A program made the translations under genes and the position numbers. A stretch of 64,000 bases of DNA from positions 16,952 to 80,951 of the forward strand of contig JALVQA010000006.1 in assembly GCA_027031495.1 (NCBI GenBank), given 5' to 3'. Within the stretch, counting starts at the first letter, position 1, and the number at the start of each line of letters is the position of its first letter. This stretch comes from Candidatus Moraniibacteriota bacterium. GTDB taxonomy: Bacteria; Patescibacteriota; Minisyncoccia; Moranbacterales; GCA-2747515. The notes below the pieces were generated by a model. It did not search any database, was not told where the DNA came from, and worked only from the letters and a program-made list of their open reading frames with translations. Shown in pieces: positions 9,841 to 19,860 of this stretch.

Positions 9841-11373
9841 CTAGTACATAATTACAGCGACAGGTTGGAGTTTTACGACCATATGCAAAACATTATTTGC
9901 AGTAATATCCTCCACTGCTTTTTCTACATTTTTGTACTGCGATGCATCTTGTTCAATGACTTTTGATGAGCGCGCATTATAAAGCTTGACGCCATAGCTC
10001 TCCATTTTCTTCAGGAGTTCCTCGCGATTTTTTGGTTTCGCGTGTGTATCCGGATTGCGAGGTTTTCCGGTGCCGTGACTTGATGAGAAAAATGATGTTT
10101 CGTTTTTATCTGTACCAACGCCGAGATATGCAGCTGTTGCCATGGAAGATGGAACAAATGCCGGCTCACCTGTTTGTGAAAAGAGGGGATGGTCTTTCAT
10201 GCGTGAAGGCCCAAAGGCACGTGACGTGCCATTACGGTGCACCCACGTCTGTTCACCATAGTGCTCTTCGCGTTCAATGTCGATGTGTGGCATGTCGTAG
10301 AGGAGGTCGAGTTCTGCATCATGTTGCAAAACGTCTTCAATAGCGGTTGCAATATTGTGTGTAATAACGGCACGATTGGCAACGCCAAAGTTACTTGCAG
10401 CAGCACGCGCTTCCATGTACATCCGACCCTCAAGGGAATCGCCATCATAAGTAAAGAGTGGATCGGTATCAATGGTGCGACTGTGAAGTGCGCGTTGAAT
10501 ACGGCGATTCATGCGGTGAAATATGCGTTTCTTTTGCGAATTAAATGTAAGACGCCCAAGAGCGACCATAAGTGACTGTGAGAGGTGCTCGCGCTTCTTT
10601 GGTGTGTACATGTACATTGTGTACTGTCCAAGTAGACCGCTTCCGGTGTGGATGAGGAAAACATAATCACCAACTTTAAGATTAAACTGTGCCGCGATTT
10701 TTGGATCAAGTAATTCTGTCACTTTCATCATGTCAAGAAAGTGATTACCGGCTGCGCCGAGAATACCGAGACGATATTTTGCAATGTGAAGGAAGAGTTG
10801 CGGGATAACATCAAGAACGCGTCGCCGTGATACACTTTCACCAAAAAAGTTGCCACGCGACATGGAATTTTCAATTTCATTGCGTGTTGCGATATTGAGA
10901 TAATCAATGACTGCTTGTGTACCTTTGGCGCAAATATCAAGAACTGTGCTGTATGGCACTTTTGTTCCGACCAATTTTTTTGTAGGAATGGTTTCTGTCA
11001 GTCGTTGAAAGAGGGTGTCAATTTCTTCTTGCGTAATATTGTTTTCGTTGAGATTTGTACGTACCATGCGCATACCGCAGACGGGATCGGAATCGTTCAC
11101 TTGTGGGAGAATTTTGTCCTTAGAAACAACCGTTGTGCCGGTGGCATTTTTGCGACCAGGTTTTGAGTGTACGTCAATCATTGCTGCCGTATGGTGAAAA
11201 AGGCAGTCATTTGATGCAATGCTTTCAATCTGTGCAAGTGTTGCATCATTTGGCATCATTTCGTCACTACAATGAAAAATGGCGGGAACCGTCATTTTAT
11301 TCGTGCGGAATTCCTTTTTGTGTGGTGTGATATCCTTGATAGCATCACGATAATTTTCTGTAGATGTGCTCAT
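9841..11373 (-). CDS. rtcB: RNA 3'-phosphate/5'-OH ligase, RtcB family
   Basis: RtcB motif set is present: DSDPVCGMRM (DIxCGxR), GILGAAGNHF (GGGNHF), IHTGSGLLG (HSGSRGLG), ANRAVITHNIA and SSHGTGK (AHGAGR, the guanylylated-His region). I start the gene at the internal Met (MSTSTENY, 11373). The longer 11505 start would overlap the upstream GT4 gene by 160 nt. Confidence 0.8.
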   Translation of the reverse strand: MSTSTENYRDAIKDITPHKKEFRTNKMTVPAIFHCSDEMMPNDATLAQIESIASNDCLFHHTAAMIDVHSKPGRKNATGTTVVSKDKILPQVNDSDPVCGMRMVRTNLNENNITQEEIDTLFQRLTETIPTKKLVGTKVPYSTVLDICAKGTQAVIDYLNIATRNEIENSMSRGNFFGESVSRRRVLDVIPQLFLHIAKYRLGILGAAGNHFLDMMKVTELLDPKIAAQFNLKVGDYVFLIHTGSGLLGQYTMYMYTPKKREHLSQSLMVALGRLTFNSQKKRIFHRMNRRIQRALHSRTIDTDPLFTYDGDSLEGRMYMEARAAASNFGVANRAVITHNIATAIEDVLQHDAELDLLYDMPHIDIEREEHYGEQTWVHRNGTSRAFGPSRMKDHPLFSQTGEPAFVPSSMATAAYLGVGTDKNETSFFSSSHGTGKPRNPDTHAKPKNREELLKKMESYGVKLYNARSSKVIEQDASQYKNVEKAVEDITANNVLHMVVKLQPVAVIMY

Positions 11374-12490
11374 AATGTTTAGCTGTTTTAGTAATATCAA
11401 AATGTCTCTCAGCGAAGGCGCGCGCGGCATGTCCGAGTCGTGCACGCTGCGCTTCATGAGAGAGGATGTGCGCAATCGCATCAGTGAGGCGCGCAGTATT
11501 TTCACTCTCTATGATAACAGAGATATCAGTGTTCGTGAATTCACGAAGACGCGGAATATCAGAGACGATTGTCGGCTTTCCACACGCATATCCCTCAATG
11601 AGCGCGAGAGGAACATCAAATTTTCCGTGCATGTTTGCGACGGGAAAGATGATGATATCGGCGAGATTATAGAGGCCGCGCATATCTGCAAATGTATCTG
11701 TGTAGCGCACATGATCAGCAAAGCCACGACGAGCAAGCACTTTTTTAACGTGAGCTTTTTTGCGTGCGTCCGCTTCATTTTTGACGCGTAAACCAAGAAC
11801 AAGTAACGTATTGTGTGCTGCTGGATGATTGCTGCGCCAAAAAGCGGTGAGTGCATCAATAATCATATCTGTCGCGCCGAGTCGTGTATACTCGCCGGGA
11901 TAAAGAATGACAAAAGCATCTTTTGGTATCGCAAAATGTTTTAAAAGTGCCGGGTCCTTATCGTCCGGTGTGTAGTGCGCAAGATCAATGCCGGGATAAG
12001 CATATGAAACATTTGTGAAACCCTTGCGTTGGAGTAGTTGTTGAGCGAAGCGTGTATATGTCACAAGATGGTCGGCAAAGAGGATATTGCGAATATCCTT
12101 TGCAGAAAGAACGCTGTCGCGCAACGTGGCGATCGTCTGAATAGTACGTGTTTTTTTTGTGCGGAGAAATGTACGAATGATAAAAGCATTAAGTTTTGTC
12201 GGTGTGAAAAAGTAATGCGCAATGTCAAAGTCGTGGCGCACTTTCCATTGATAAAAGAGAGATTCCCACTTTTGGCGTGTACTAAATATGCTTGGTGGTG
12301 CTGGCGAGTATATGTGTGCTTGTGTGACGTGTGACGGCATATCGTCAAGGGTGCCGGATGTCATAACAGTCACGTCAACCGCATGTACATGTTTTGCAAG
12401 ATTATAAGCAAAATTCTTACTTGCCTCATCCCAGGGTGGTGTGAGGGCACGTGACACGTAGAGAACTTTCTTTTTTTGCCGTGTATTCAT
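11345..12490 (-). CDS. Glycosyltransferase family 4 (GT-B)
   Basis: 381 aa. The C-terminal GT4 region includes GxPxxEAmxxGxP-like elements (EGYACGKPTIVSDIPRLREF). It is the first gene of the minus-strand operon. Confidence 0.75.
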   Translation of the reverse strand: MNTRQKKKVLYVSRALTPPWDEASKNFAYNLAKHVHAVDVTVMTSGTLDDMPSHVTQAHIYSPAPPSIFSTRQKWESLFYQWKVRHDFDIAHYFFTPTKLNAFIIRTFLRTKKTRTIQTIATLRDSVLSAKDIRNILFADHLVTYTRFAQQLLQRKGFTNVSYAYPGIDLAHYTPDDKDPALLKHFAIPKDAFVILYPGEYTRLGATDMIIDALTAFWRSNHPAAHNTLLVLGLRVKNEADARKKAHVKKVLARRGFADHVRYTDTFADMRGLYNLADIIIFPVANMHGKFDVPLALIEGYACGKPTIVSDIPRLREFTNTDISVIIESENTARLTDAIAHILSHEAQRARLGHAARAFAERHFDITKTAKHYEHIYRKLS

Positions 12491-12525
12491 GTGCGTAGTA
12501 TAGCATGTCTTGTATAGTGGGAAAA

Positions 12526-12876
12526 CTATTTTTTGAGAACGACTTTTTCATCATTGTGGTAGACAGTCACTGTGGCGCTACCGAAGGAGTGAGGATGTAT
12601 GATCGTTGCTGTCGTGTGCGGCATGACAATAACATTTGTACGCGGCACAAGCACGGTATCACCATTTGTAATCGTGTATGCAAATGTCTTTGACGGTGTT
12701 TCATTTGTAATCGCAAAATCGTACGAAGAGTATGCTGAAGCGTCTTTATGTGGGTTTATAAACGATGCACTCCAGTAGTATGTGTGCGTAAAGGTATGCT
12801 CCAGTGTATATGTGAGAAAAATTGCTGCACAAAGAAAAAGGAATGCGATTGCGATAGTAATGCTCCTGTAAGACAT
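12526..12876 (-). CDS. Small membrane-anchored hypothetical protein
   Basis: N-terminal TM (ITIAIAFLFLCAAIFL) followed by a Thr/His-rich beta-like domain. 116 aa. It sits 10 nt downstream of the large membrane protein gene. Confidence 0.4.
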   Translation of the reverse strand: MSYRSITIAIAFLFLCAAIFLTYTLEHTFTHTYYWSASFINPHKDASAYSSYDFAITNETPSKTFAYTITNGDTVLVPRTNVIVMPHTTATIIHPHSFGSATVTVYHNDEKVVLKK

Positions 12877-12885
12877 AGACGTGTA

Positions 12886-14934
12886 TTAGTGACGGTAAAA
12901 TACTGTAACGTGTTTGCTTGAATAGATACGATAGAATTGGTCTGATGTCATAAACTGCGCTGCGTCGTGTTGTGGTGAGACAATAATGTAGCGTACAGAT
13001 AGATCGTTAAAGCAGTGCTGTGCATGTGTACTTAGTGGTGCGCTAATCATGTCGCGTGTGCATGTTTCGCGTGTCCCGGATTCGTAACGCTTAAAATAAC
13101 TGCGTGAAAGAGGATAGCTGTAATCACGGAGAAAGAAGAGTTTCATCCATGTATCAGCCGTGAGATAGTTATGATCTTTAAGTGTCCACTCGTCTTTTGC
13201 AGTATGACTTGCAACGTAGCGTGCAGCGGCAAATGATTCGCGCGCTTGTGCGAGTGATGGTGTGGTTTTGAGGGATTGACTGTTGTCGTACATACCCGTT
13301 GTGATCGCAAAAAGAATAATGGTGATACCTGTTGTAATTGCAAAAAACGGTGCAAGATATGTTCGTGCTGTTGCAATAAGCCACGCAAGGCCAATGCCGC
13401 CAATGAGAGCAAAGGGTATGATCGTGTAATTTGCAATGCGACTGGAGATGATGTTAATGCCAAGATACTGGGGAATTGTACTCATTGCAAACGTCGCTAG
13501 TGGCCATGCGATAATAATAGCAACGGCGTAAGCATTCTTTGGAGAAACTTTGTGCCAGATCTTCTCATAAAGTATTTGCGTGATGCATACACGCATTTTG
13601 TGTCGGAGTGGAAAATGGTGTGTAACGATATAGAGTGTAAGAATAATGCTGCCAATAACAGCAAAGGTAAAACGTGCTTCACCAATTGTATGCATGAGTT
13701 GTACGAGCGTAACGCCCGTGCGTGTTTCTTTACTTGGCGCGCCGGTGGCTGATGAGATTGCGTCTGGATTGAGATAGTGTGGTGTGTATACAAAGAGAAG
13801 CAGGATTATTGTGGATATGAGCGAAAAAAGTGAGAGGGGATGAAGAAGGAGATTAATCCACTCTCTGAAGAAGTGCGTTACTGTACGAATGTTAAGAAGT
13901 ATAAAAAGAAAAACAACAAAAGCGATGCTGTAGAGAAATATAAAAGTACTCAAGTGGTGTGTGTAGATGAGACCTGTAACGATGATGAAAAAGGCACTCA
14001 AAAGACACGCTGATTTTTCTGTTAATGCACGGTAAAGAAAAAAGAATGCAAGAGGAATAAAAAGGTTGCCAAAGAGATTGCCGATAACGCCACCGGCGAC
14101 AAATTTTGCTTGTGATGCGGAAATGGTGTAGAGAGGACCCATAAGAAAAAGCACGGAAATACCAATAGTATCTGCAATGTGTGTGTGGGCAAAAAGCCTT
14201 ACGGCGAACATAAAAAGCGCAAGAACACTGAAAAGATCAAGAAGGAAGAGGAAAAGAATGGGTTGTGAAGAAAGAACGTTCTTGCCCGTGACGATGCTAA
14301 TAGCTGCAAGAGGAATATGTTCACCGATAATAAAGTCAGCGATATTCTCTGGTGCACTGATAGCGTACGTTCCGTCATCTTTTGTAATGATTTTTTGTTT
14401 TTCGTAGACATGAAGATGGTGTGTCGTGGCAATTTTGTTTACCCAATAGAGGTGATGACCCATATCGGTAGCTGTGGGAAAGAGTGTGTCGGCAAGATAA
14501 AAAGTTTTGATTGTAATAGTAAGTGCGATAAGTATAAGTGCGATATAGGTTTTTTGATGTGAGCGTATTGCGCGTCGCGTTATGTTTTTTGTGGCTAATC
14601 TGTTTGTTATGTGACTTGTAATGTGTTGTATTTTCTTTATGTTACATATGGAGAAATTTGTGAGTATTTTTGCGGCAATAAGTGGCACAAGAACAACAAA
14701 TGGCACAAGGAGAATTAGTGTGCGTGTGATGGCAAGGTGAAAAACTTTATCAGCGACAATGAGAGTAATATCAAGCAACACGACGCCGATGCCAAAGCCG
14801 GCAACGGCGTACTCAAGCAATGAAAATGTTTTTTTTCCTTTAAGAATGGAAAGGAATGCTATGCCGGGTATAAAAAACAACCAAAGAAGCGTGAGAAAAA
14901 AAACAAATTGATCAAAGATAATGTGCATAATCAT
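12886..14934 (-). CDS. Large polytopic membrane protein (682 aa), candidate GT-C-like glycosyltransferase or glycan polymerase
   Basis: At least 14 hydrophobic segments and a soluble C-terminal region of about 150 aa. I recognise no family. It lies inside the glycosyltransferase locus. Confidence 0.45.
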   Translation of the reverse strand: MIMHIIFDQFVFFLTLLWLFFIPGIAFLSILKGKKTFSLLEYAVAGFGIGVVLLDITLIVADKVFHLAITRTLILLVPFVVLVPLIAAKILTNFSICNIKKIQHITSHITNRLATKNITRRAIRSHQKTYIALILIALTITIKTFYLADTLFPTATDMGHHLYWVNKIATTHHLHVYEKQKIITKDDGTYAISAPENIADFIIGEHIPLAAISIVTGKNVLSSQPILFLFLLDLFSVLALFMFAVRLFAHTHIADTIGISVLFLMGPLYTISASQAKFVAGGVIGNLFGNLFIPLAFFFLYRALTEKSACLLSAFFIIVTGLIYTHHLSTFIFLYSIAFVVFLFILLNIRTVTHFFREWINLLLHPLSLFSLISTIILLLFVYTPHYLNPDAISSATGAPSKETRTGVTLVQLMHTIGEARFTFAVIGSIILTLYIVTHHFPLRHKMRVCITQILYEKIWHKVSPKNAYAVAIIIAWPLATFAMSTIPQYLGINIISSRIANYTIIPFALIGGIGLAWLIATARTYLAPFFAITTGITIILFAITTGMYDNSQSLKTTPSLAQARESFAAARYVASHTAKDEWTLKDHNYLTADTWMKLFFLRDYSYPLSRSYFKRYESGTRETCTRDMISAPLSTHAQHCFNDLSVRYIIVSPQHDAAQFMTSDQFYRIYSSKHVTVFYRH

Positions 14935-14972
14935 CTGTATAGAGTCTCAATATTGTAGATTTATAATTTTCT

Positions 14973-16055
14973 CTAGCGCGCTTTTGTCTTTTCTATGACG
15001 TCAATGTAACGCTGAGCAATAACATCCCACGTAAAAGTGCGCTTGATGTATTCATGTGCTTTTCTGCCAAAGGCCTTACGATCAAATGTATCGGCGAGAA
15101 GTTCTGTAAGTTTTTCCCTCCATGCCGTCGGATTGCCATGTTCTACAAGAAAGCCATTTTTACCATCATGAATAGCATCTTTAAGACCTTCCAATCGTGA
15201 GGCGACAACGGGAATACCACTGCTGCCCGCTTCCAGGACAACAAGACCAAAACCTTCCATGTCACCCTTGACGGGTATGTTCGGCTGAATAAAGAGATCG
15301 CATGTGTGGAGAAGAACATCGCGGTCTTCGTTGGAGATGTATCCGAGTAATATTACACGTTCTTGCATCTTTGCTTTTTCGATAGCATTTTTGATGTTAT
15401 CAAAGTCCGGTCCGGCGCCGGAAACAACATAGATAACATTTTGTGGCAATGTTGGCAAGACATTTTCTATAAACCATGCAACACCCTTGCGGCGCACGAG
15501 GCGACCGCCAGTGAAGAGTACGTGTGTGTCATCTTCAAGTTTTCCCTTAATGAGCTTTTCCAGGCGTGTACGTGGCATATCTTTTGGTACAAACTTTTTC
15601 GTGTCAACGCCATTCGGCACAAAAACAAATTGTTCTTTCTTGATGCCGCGTGCAACTCCCTCTTTGATGGTCTGATTGCCGACAGCAATAAGCACGTCAG
15701 CTTCGGGAATAAAACGTTTGACCCAAATATTCTGGTAAAACTCGTTTTCAAATGTAAGATCAAGTCCGTGTACAATACACGCCACTTTCTTTCTTTTGCC
15801 GTAGAAAAGTTTTACAAATGAAATAACGATACCCAAAACCCCATCACCGAGCAAAAGCACGTCATATTTGCGCATGTAAAAGAGTGCCGTAATGAGTGCC
15901 CATGGCAAAAAGAGGGGAAGGAGCCTCTTGCCATCGGTATTTGCAATAACTTTTACATCTGCGATACGTGAGAGCGCTCGTGAAATCTCATAATTCTGAT
16001 TTTCAATGCCACCAACAACCGGTGGGTACGCGCGCGAAATAAAGAGAATTTTCAT
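14973..16055 (-). CDS. Glycosyltransferase family 4
   Basis: MKILFISRAYPPVVGGIENQ at the N-terminus and EGFGLVVLEAGSSGIPVVAS at the C-terminus. The M23 start sits 4 nt from the upstream GT2 stop, whereas the longer start would overlap it. Confidence 0.8.
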   Translation of the reverse strand: MKILFISRAYPPVVGGIENQNYEISRALSRIADVKVIANTDGKRLLPLFLPWALITALFYMRKYDVLLLGDGVLGIVISFVKLFYGKRKKVACIVHGLDLTFENEFYQNIWVKRFIPEADVLIAVGNQTIKEGVARGIKKEQFVFVPNGVDTKKFVPKDMPRTRLEKLIKGKLEDDTHVLFTGGRLVRRKGVAWFIENVLPTLPQNVIYVVSGAGPDFDNIKNAIEKAKMQERVILLGYISNEDRDVLLHTCDLFIQPNIPVKGDMEGFGLVVLEAGSSGIPVVASRLEGLKDAIHDGKNGFLVEHGNPTAWREKLTELLADTFDRKAFGRKAHEYIKRTFTWDVIAQRYIDVIEKTKAR

Positions 16056-16059
16056 AGAT

Positions 16060-16989
16060 TTACTTTTTAGAATTGCTTTCTTTAAGTTCTCTGCGACGAA
16101 GACGATAAAGAATTTCTTCATTGAGAAGGCGACTGCCTCTAATCATGTCTGCAATGAGGCCGAACGTGAGAAACTGTATACCGACAAGGAAGAAAGCAAG
16201 CGTTGTAAGTGGATAAGCACCCTTGAGAGCGATAAAAGCGGTGCCGGATGCGAGTATGAATAATATGCCGGGTATGGCAAAGAATTTCATCGGCTGAATG
16301 TCGCGAAAAGCACGAATAATAACACGCGCACTGTTTGTGACGTATGTCATGATGCTTTTGACAACGCGTGATTTGCGTGCGTCATGATAGGTAACAACGA
16401 CAGGTATCCATACAAGGCGAAGGTTTTTACCAATAGCATCAATGATCGTTTCTTGCGTATAGGTGAAACCGCTCGGGTCTGCAAGACGTAGCAACGCTTC
16501 GCGATTATGCGCACGGAAGCCACAGGTAAGATCAACAACTTTTACGCCTGTTGCTTTTGCCACGAGCCACGCACCAAGGCGATTGAGCTTGTCTTTGAGA
16601 AACGGGATATTCTTGGCGGTGCTGCGCGAGAAACGGTCGGCAATAACAATGTCGGCCTTGTGTGCGAGAATTGGTTTGATGAGCGTTGCAATATCTTTCG
16701 GATCAAACTGTCCATCGGCATCAATATTGACAAGAATGTCGGCACCGTTTTCCAGTGCGCTCTGACGCATTGTGCGAAACATGACACCGAGACCACGGTT
16801 TCCATCATGAGAGATAATAATGTCCGCGCCACCTTTACGTGCTTCTTCTACGGTGCGATCTGTGGATCCATCGTCAATAACTTGTACAAGCACTTCATCA
16901 ACACCATCGATTGTGCGGGGAATGCGTCGAATTGTCTGTGCAATATGTTTTTCTTCATTGTAGCCGGGAAGATTAACAATCAATTTCAT
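16060..16989 (-). CDS. GT2 polyprenol-phosphate glycosyltransferase (DPM1/GtrB-like) with two C-terminal TM helices
   Basis: VIDDGSTD, DADGQFDP (DxD) and a C-terminal membrane anchor. 309 aa. Confidence 0.8.
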   Translation of the reverse strand: MKLIVNLPGYNEEKHIAQTIRRIPRTIDGVDEVLVQVIDDGSTDRTVEEARKGGADIIISHDGNRGLGVMFRTMRQSALENGADILVNIDADGQFDPKDIATLIKPILAHKADIVIADRFSRSTAKNIPFLKDKLNRLGAWLVAKATGVKVVDLTCGFRAHNREALLRLADPSGFTYTQETIIDAIGKNLRLVWIPVVVTYHDARKSRVVKSIMTYVTNSARVIIRAFRDIQPMKFFAIPGILFILASGTAFIALKGAYPLTTLAFFLVGIQFLTFGLIADMIRGSRLLNEEILYRLRRRELKESNSKK

Positions 16990-17100
16990 AAGGTTTGCTT
17001 AAATGCTTATAGTTTCATTCTAAAGGAAAAATCCTTTTGTGCAAAATAAAACTGCGCATAAATAATACACAGTCTTATTCTTCAGTACATGTGCTTTGCC

Positions 17101-18402
17101 TTAGCGTCCGATACCGCGATAGACGACACCCAATGCTTCAATTGCATCTTTATCCATACAATTTTTGCCGTCCAAAACAACTTTTATGTTATTTTTCTTG
17201 AGTAATGAAAGGTCCATATTAACAAACTCGTCGTGGTTTGTTGCAATGAAAATATGATCAACACGTGCAAGAATATCTTCAAGGGATTGACTGTCACATT
17301 TATGAAGGACGTGTGGATCAAAACTGATCACATCAGCACCATGTTTACGTAGATGTTTAATAATCTTGAATGATGGTGATTCACGTGTATCATCAACATT
17401 AGCCTTATATGCCAAGCCAAGAATACCAATTTTTTCACCTTTAAGTGGCAGTTTGATGCTGTTAAGTGCGTCTTGCATGCGTTCTACCGCATAGATTGGC
17501 ATAAAGTTATTGATACGTCGTGCGTTTCGCATAAATTCGTGTTCAAAACCGCTTCTTTGAGCACTTTCTATCAGATAGTATGGATCAACGGGAATGCAGT
17601 GACCACCGACGCCGCAACTCGGATAATGTGCCATGAAAGCATACGGCTTTGTTTTTGCGCCCTCAATTACATCAAGAACATCAATGCCAAGACGATCGAA
17701 ACTTTGTGCGATTTCGTTGATAAAAGCGATATTAATATCGCGGAAAGAGTTTTCCAAAATTTTAACTGCTTCTGCCTCACGAATTGATTTCATTTCACGT
17801 ACCTCTGCATCAATGATGGAGCGATAGAAGGCGGCGGCACGTTTTGTGCCCTCCTTTGTAAATGCACCGACAACGCGTGCGGTATTGCCAATATGATAGC
17901 CGGCAGAAAAAGATGATTTGCCGGGATCAATACGTTCCGGACAGTGTGCAATAAAGACATCTTTGCCAATAATGTGACCCTCACGTTCAAAGAGAGGGCG
18001 CACAATTTCTTCACATGTGCCGGGATTAACCGTTGATTCAAGAACAACAAGGGTGCCTTTTTTCATTGTGCGGGCAACCATTTCTGATGCGGAGATAACA
18101 TAGTCATATACGGGATTTTGGTCCTCATCTACCGGCGTTGGCACAGCAACAAGGATAATATCGCCTTGAGTGATATCATCTTTGTCATATGTTGCTTTAA
18201 AACGAAACTGTGCAAACTTTTTTGCAACCTTTTCATCATCGCCAAGAGGGCAGACGCCACCGTTAATCATATCGACCCACTCTTTGTTGATGTCAAAGCC
18301 AATGACATTATACCCGCTTTCTTTGGCAAGGAGTGCGAGAGGAAGGCCGACATAGCCAAGCCCGACAACAACAACGGTTTCTTTTTTTGATGTTTTCGAC
18401 AT
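17101..18402 (-). CDS. Nucleotide-sugar dehydrogenase (UDP-glucose/UDP-ManNAc 6-dehydrogenase family)
   Basis: N-terminal Rossmann motif VVVVGLGYVGLPLA and a catalytic Cys in HCPERIDPG. The alternative start 18441 (MMPY..) sits directly behind a TATAAT, which could indicate a leaderless mRNA. I prefer MSKTSKK. Confidence 0.8.
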   Translation of the reverse strand: MSKTSKKETVVVVGLGYVGLPLALLAKESGYNVIGFDINKEWVDMINGGVCPLGDDEKVAKKFAQFRFKATYDKDDITQGDIILVAVPTPVDEDQNPVYDYVISASEMVARTMKKGTLVVLESTVNPGTCEEIVRPLFEREGHIIGKDVFIAHCPERIDPGKSSFSAGYHIGNTARVVGAFTKEGTKRAAAFYRSIIDAEVREMKSIREAEAVKILENSFRDINIAFINEIAQSFDRLGIDVLDVIEGAKTKPYAFMAHYPSCGVGGHCIPVDPYYLIESAQRSGFEHEFMRNARRINNFMPIYAVERMQDALNSIKLPLKGEKIGILGLAYKANVDDTRESPSFKIIKHLRKHGADVISFDPHVLHKCDSQSLEDILARVDHIFIATNHDEFVNMDLSLLKKNNIKVVLDGKNCMDKDAIEALGVVYRGIGR

Positions 18403-18494
18403 AAAGGTAATATTATAGTACTTTTTAGCGTACGGCATCATACATGCGTATTATACACAATATGTACAATAAAGGAAGGTGTATATATGAGTAT

Positions 18495-18525
18495 ATGTGC
18501 CATTTTGTTACAAAAATGGTATACT
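18495..18525 (+). promoter_or_regulatory. Putative sigma-70-type promoter with an extended -10 (TGGTATACT)
   Basis: TGnTATACT at 18517-18525 in the AT-rich divergent region between the dehydrogenase and GT4 genes. The same extended -10 recurs at 20222, 35797, 48634 and 60389. Confidence 0.4.
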
Positions 18526-18574
18526 GGCTATATGTAATTCCTGCGTATTTGAGGTGTATATTCTACATTAATTA

Positions 18575-19822
18575 ATGCAGAAAACAAAAAATATTATGAA
18601 AATCGGTATCAATGTATCGTTTTTGCGTAAACGCGGTACAGGTATAGGAGAAGTAACACATCATTTTCTCACAACGCTTGTTCGCCTAGTACAAGATGGT
18701 GTTTTTTTTAGCAATACGCGGTTTGTATTATATGCGGAAGAATATTTTACTGTACCGGCGCTTGACGAGGCACCTGCGACAGTGCGCGCTCGTTTTAAAA
18801 AAAAAGTGTTTTTGCCACGTTTTTACAAGCGAGATGATCTTGTGCGTAAAATATGGTGGGAGCGGTACAGTTTGGCGTGGCATGTACGTATGGACGCGTG
18901 CGATGCATTTTTTTCACTCTACCAGTGCCCCACACAGCTTGATGGTATAGCGCATGTAATGCTTGTTCATGATCTTATACCACGCTTGTTTCCACAATAC
19001 TTAGATAACGCACGTAAAAGATTCTACCAATGTCTGACCGAACGTGCAATTGTGCATGCCGATCACATCACGACTGTTTCCGTGCATACGCAAAAGGATA
19101 TTATTCGCGAGCTTGGCTGTGCTCCGAAGAAAGTTACAACGCACTATATAGATTGTGATCCACTCTTTAAAAATTATCATGTACATGCGCGTAATTGTGC
19201 ACGTGTTTTAGAGAAATATAATTTGTCTGCTGGCTATCTTTATTATGGTGGTGGTCTTGATCTACGTAAAAATGTGGAGCGTCTTTTGCGCGCATATAAA
19301 AAGTTACTCACCACGTCACATGGCAAGCGTTCTTCACGTCACCGCGTACCGCCTCTTGTCATCTCTGGAAAACTTATGCCACGCCTTGCGCCACTGATTG
19401 CCGATGTGGAAGCACTAGTAAAAGAACTTAATATAACGCGCCATGTGCATATTCTTGGTTTTGTGCCACAAGAAGATTTGCCGGCATTGTATAAATCTGC
19501 TGCGATATTTATTTACCCGTCGCTCTATGAAGGATTTGGTCTGCCGGTGCTTGAGGCAATGAGTATGGGCACACCTGTGATTGCAAGTAAAGCATCGTCA
19601 ATACCGGAAGTTGGTGGTGATAGTGTACTCTACTGCAATCCATATAGCATTGATGATATTGCACAAAATATAGCCATGCTTCTTGAGCGTGAAGATCTCC
19701 GCGATAAACTACGTGTGCGCGGACTGCAGCGTGCGGCACGTTTTTCATGGGAGGAGTGCGTGCGTGATACGATGCGCATTGTTATTGAAAAGGGGCGAGA
19801 AACGGCTCTTTGTAAAAAATAG
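18575..19822 (+). CDS. Glycosyltransferase family 4
   Basis: EGFGLPVLEAMSMGTPVIASKASSIPEV, the GT4 E-x7-E region. 415 aa. Confidence 0.8.
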   Translation: MQKTKNIMKIGINVSFLRKRGTGIGEVTHHFLTTLVRLVQDGVFFSNTRFVLYAEEYFTVPALDEAPATVRARFKKKVFLPRFYKRDDLVRKIWWERYSLAWHVRMDACDAFFSLYQCPTQLDGIAHVMLVHDLIPRLFPQYLDNARKRFYQCLTERAIVHADHITTVSVHTQKDIIRELGCAPKKVTTHYIDCDPLFKNYHVHARNCARVLEKYNLSAGYLYYGGGLDLRKNVERLLRAYKKLLTTSHGKRSSRHRVPPLVISGKLMPRLAPLIADVEALVKELNITRHVHILGFVPQEDLPALYKSAAIFIYPSLYEGFGLPVLEAMSMGTPVIASKASSIPEVGGDSVLYCNPYSIDDIAQNIAMLLEREDLRDKLRVRGLQRAARFSWEECVRDTMRIVIEKGRETALCKK

Positions 19823-19828
19823 CAAAAG

Positions 19829-19860
19829 GCCGCCAGAGTTGTTTCTCTGACGGCTTTTTT
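19829..19860 (+). terminator. Rho-independent terminator
   Basis: GCCGCCAGAG / CTCTGACGGC stem with one mismatch, followed by TTTTTT. Confidence 0.65.

Noticed and set aside
11374-11505. N-terminal 44-codon extension of the rtcB ORF (ORF track 9841..11505)
   Set aside because: It would overlap the 3' end of the upstream GT4 gene by 160 nt on the same strand. The internal start MSTSTENY at 11373 gives a typical RtcB length and a minimal overlap.
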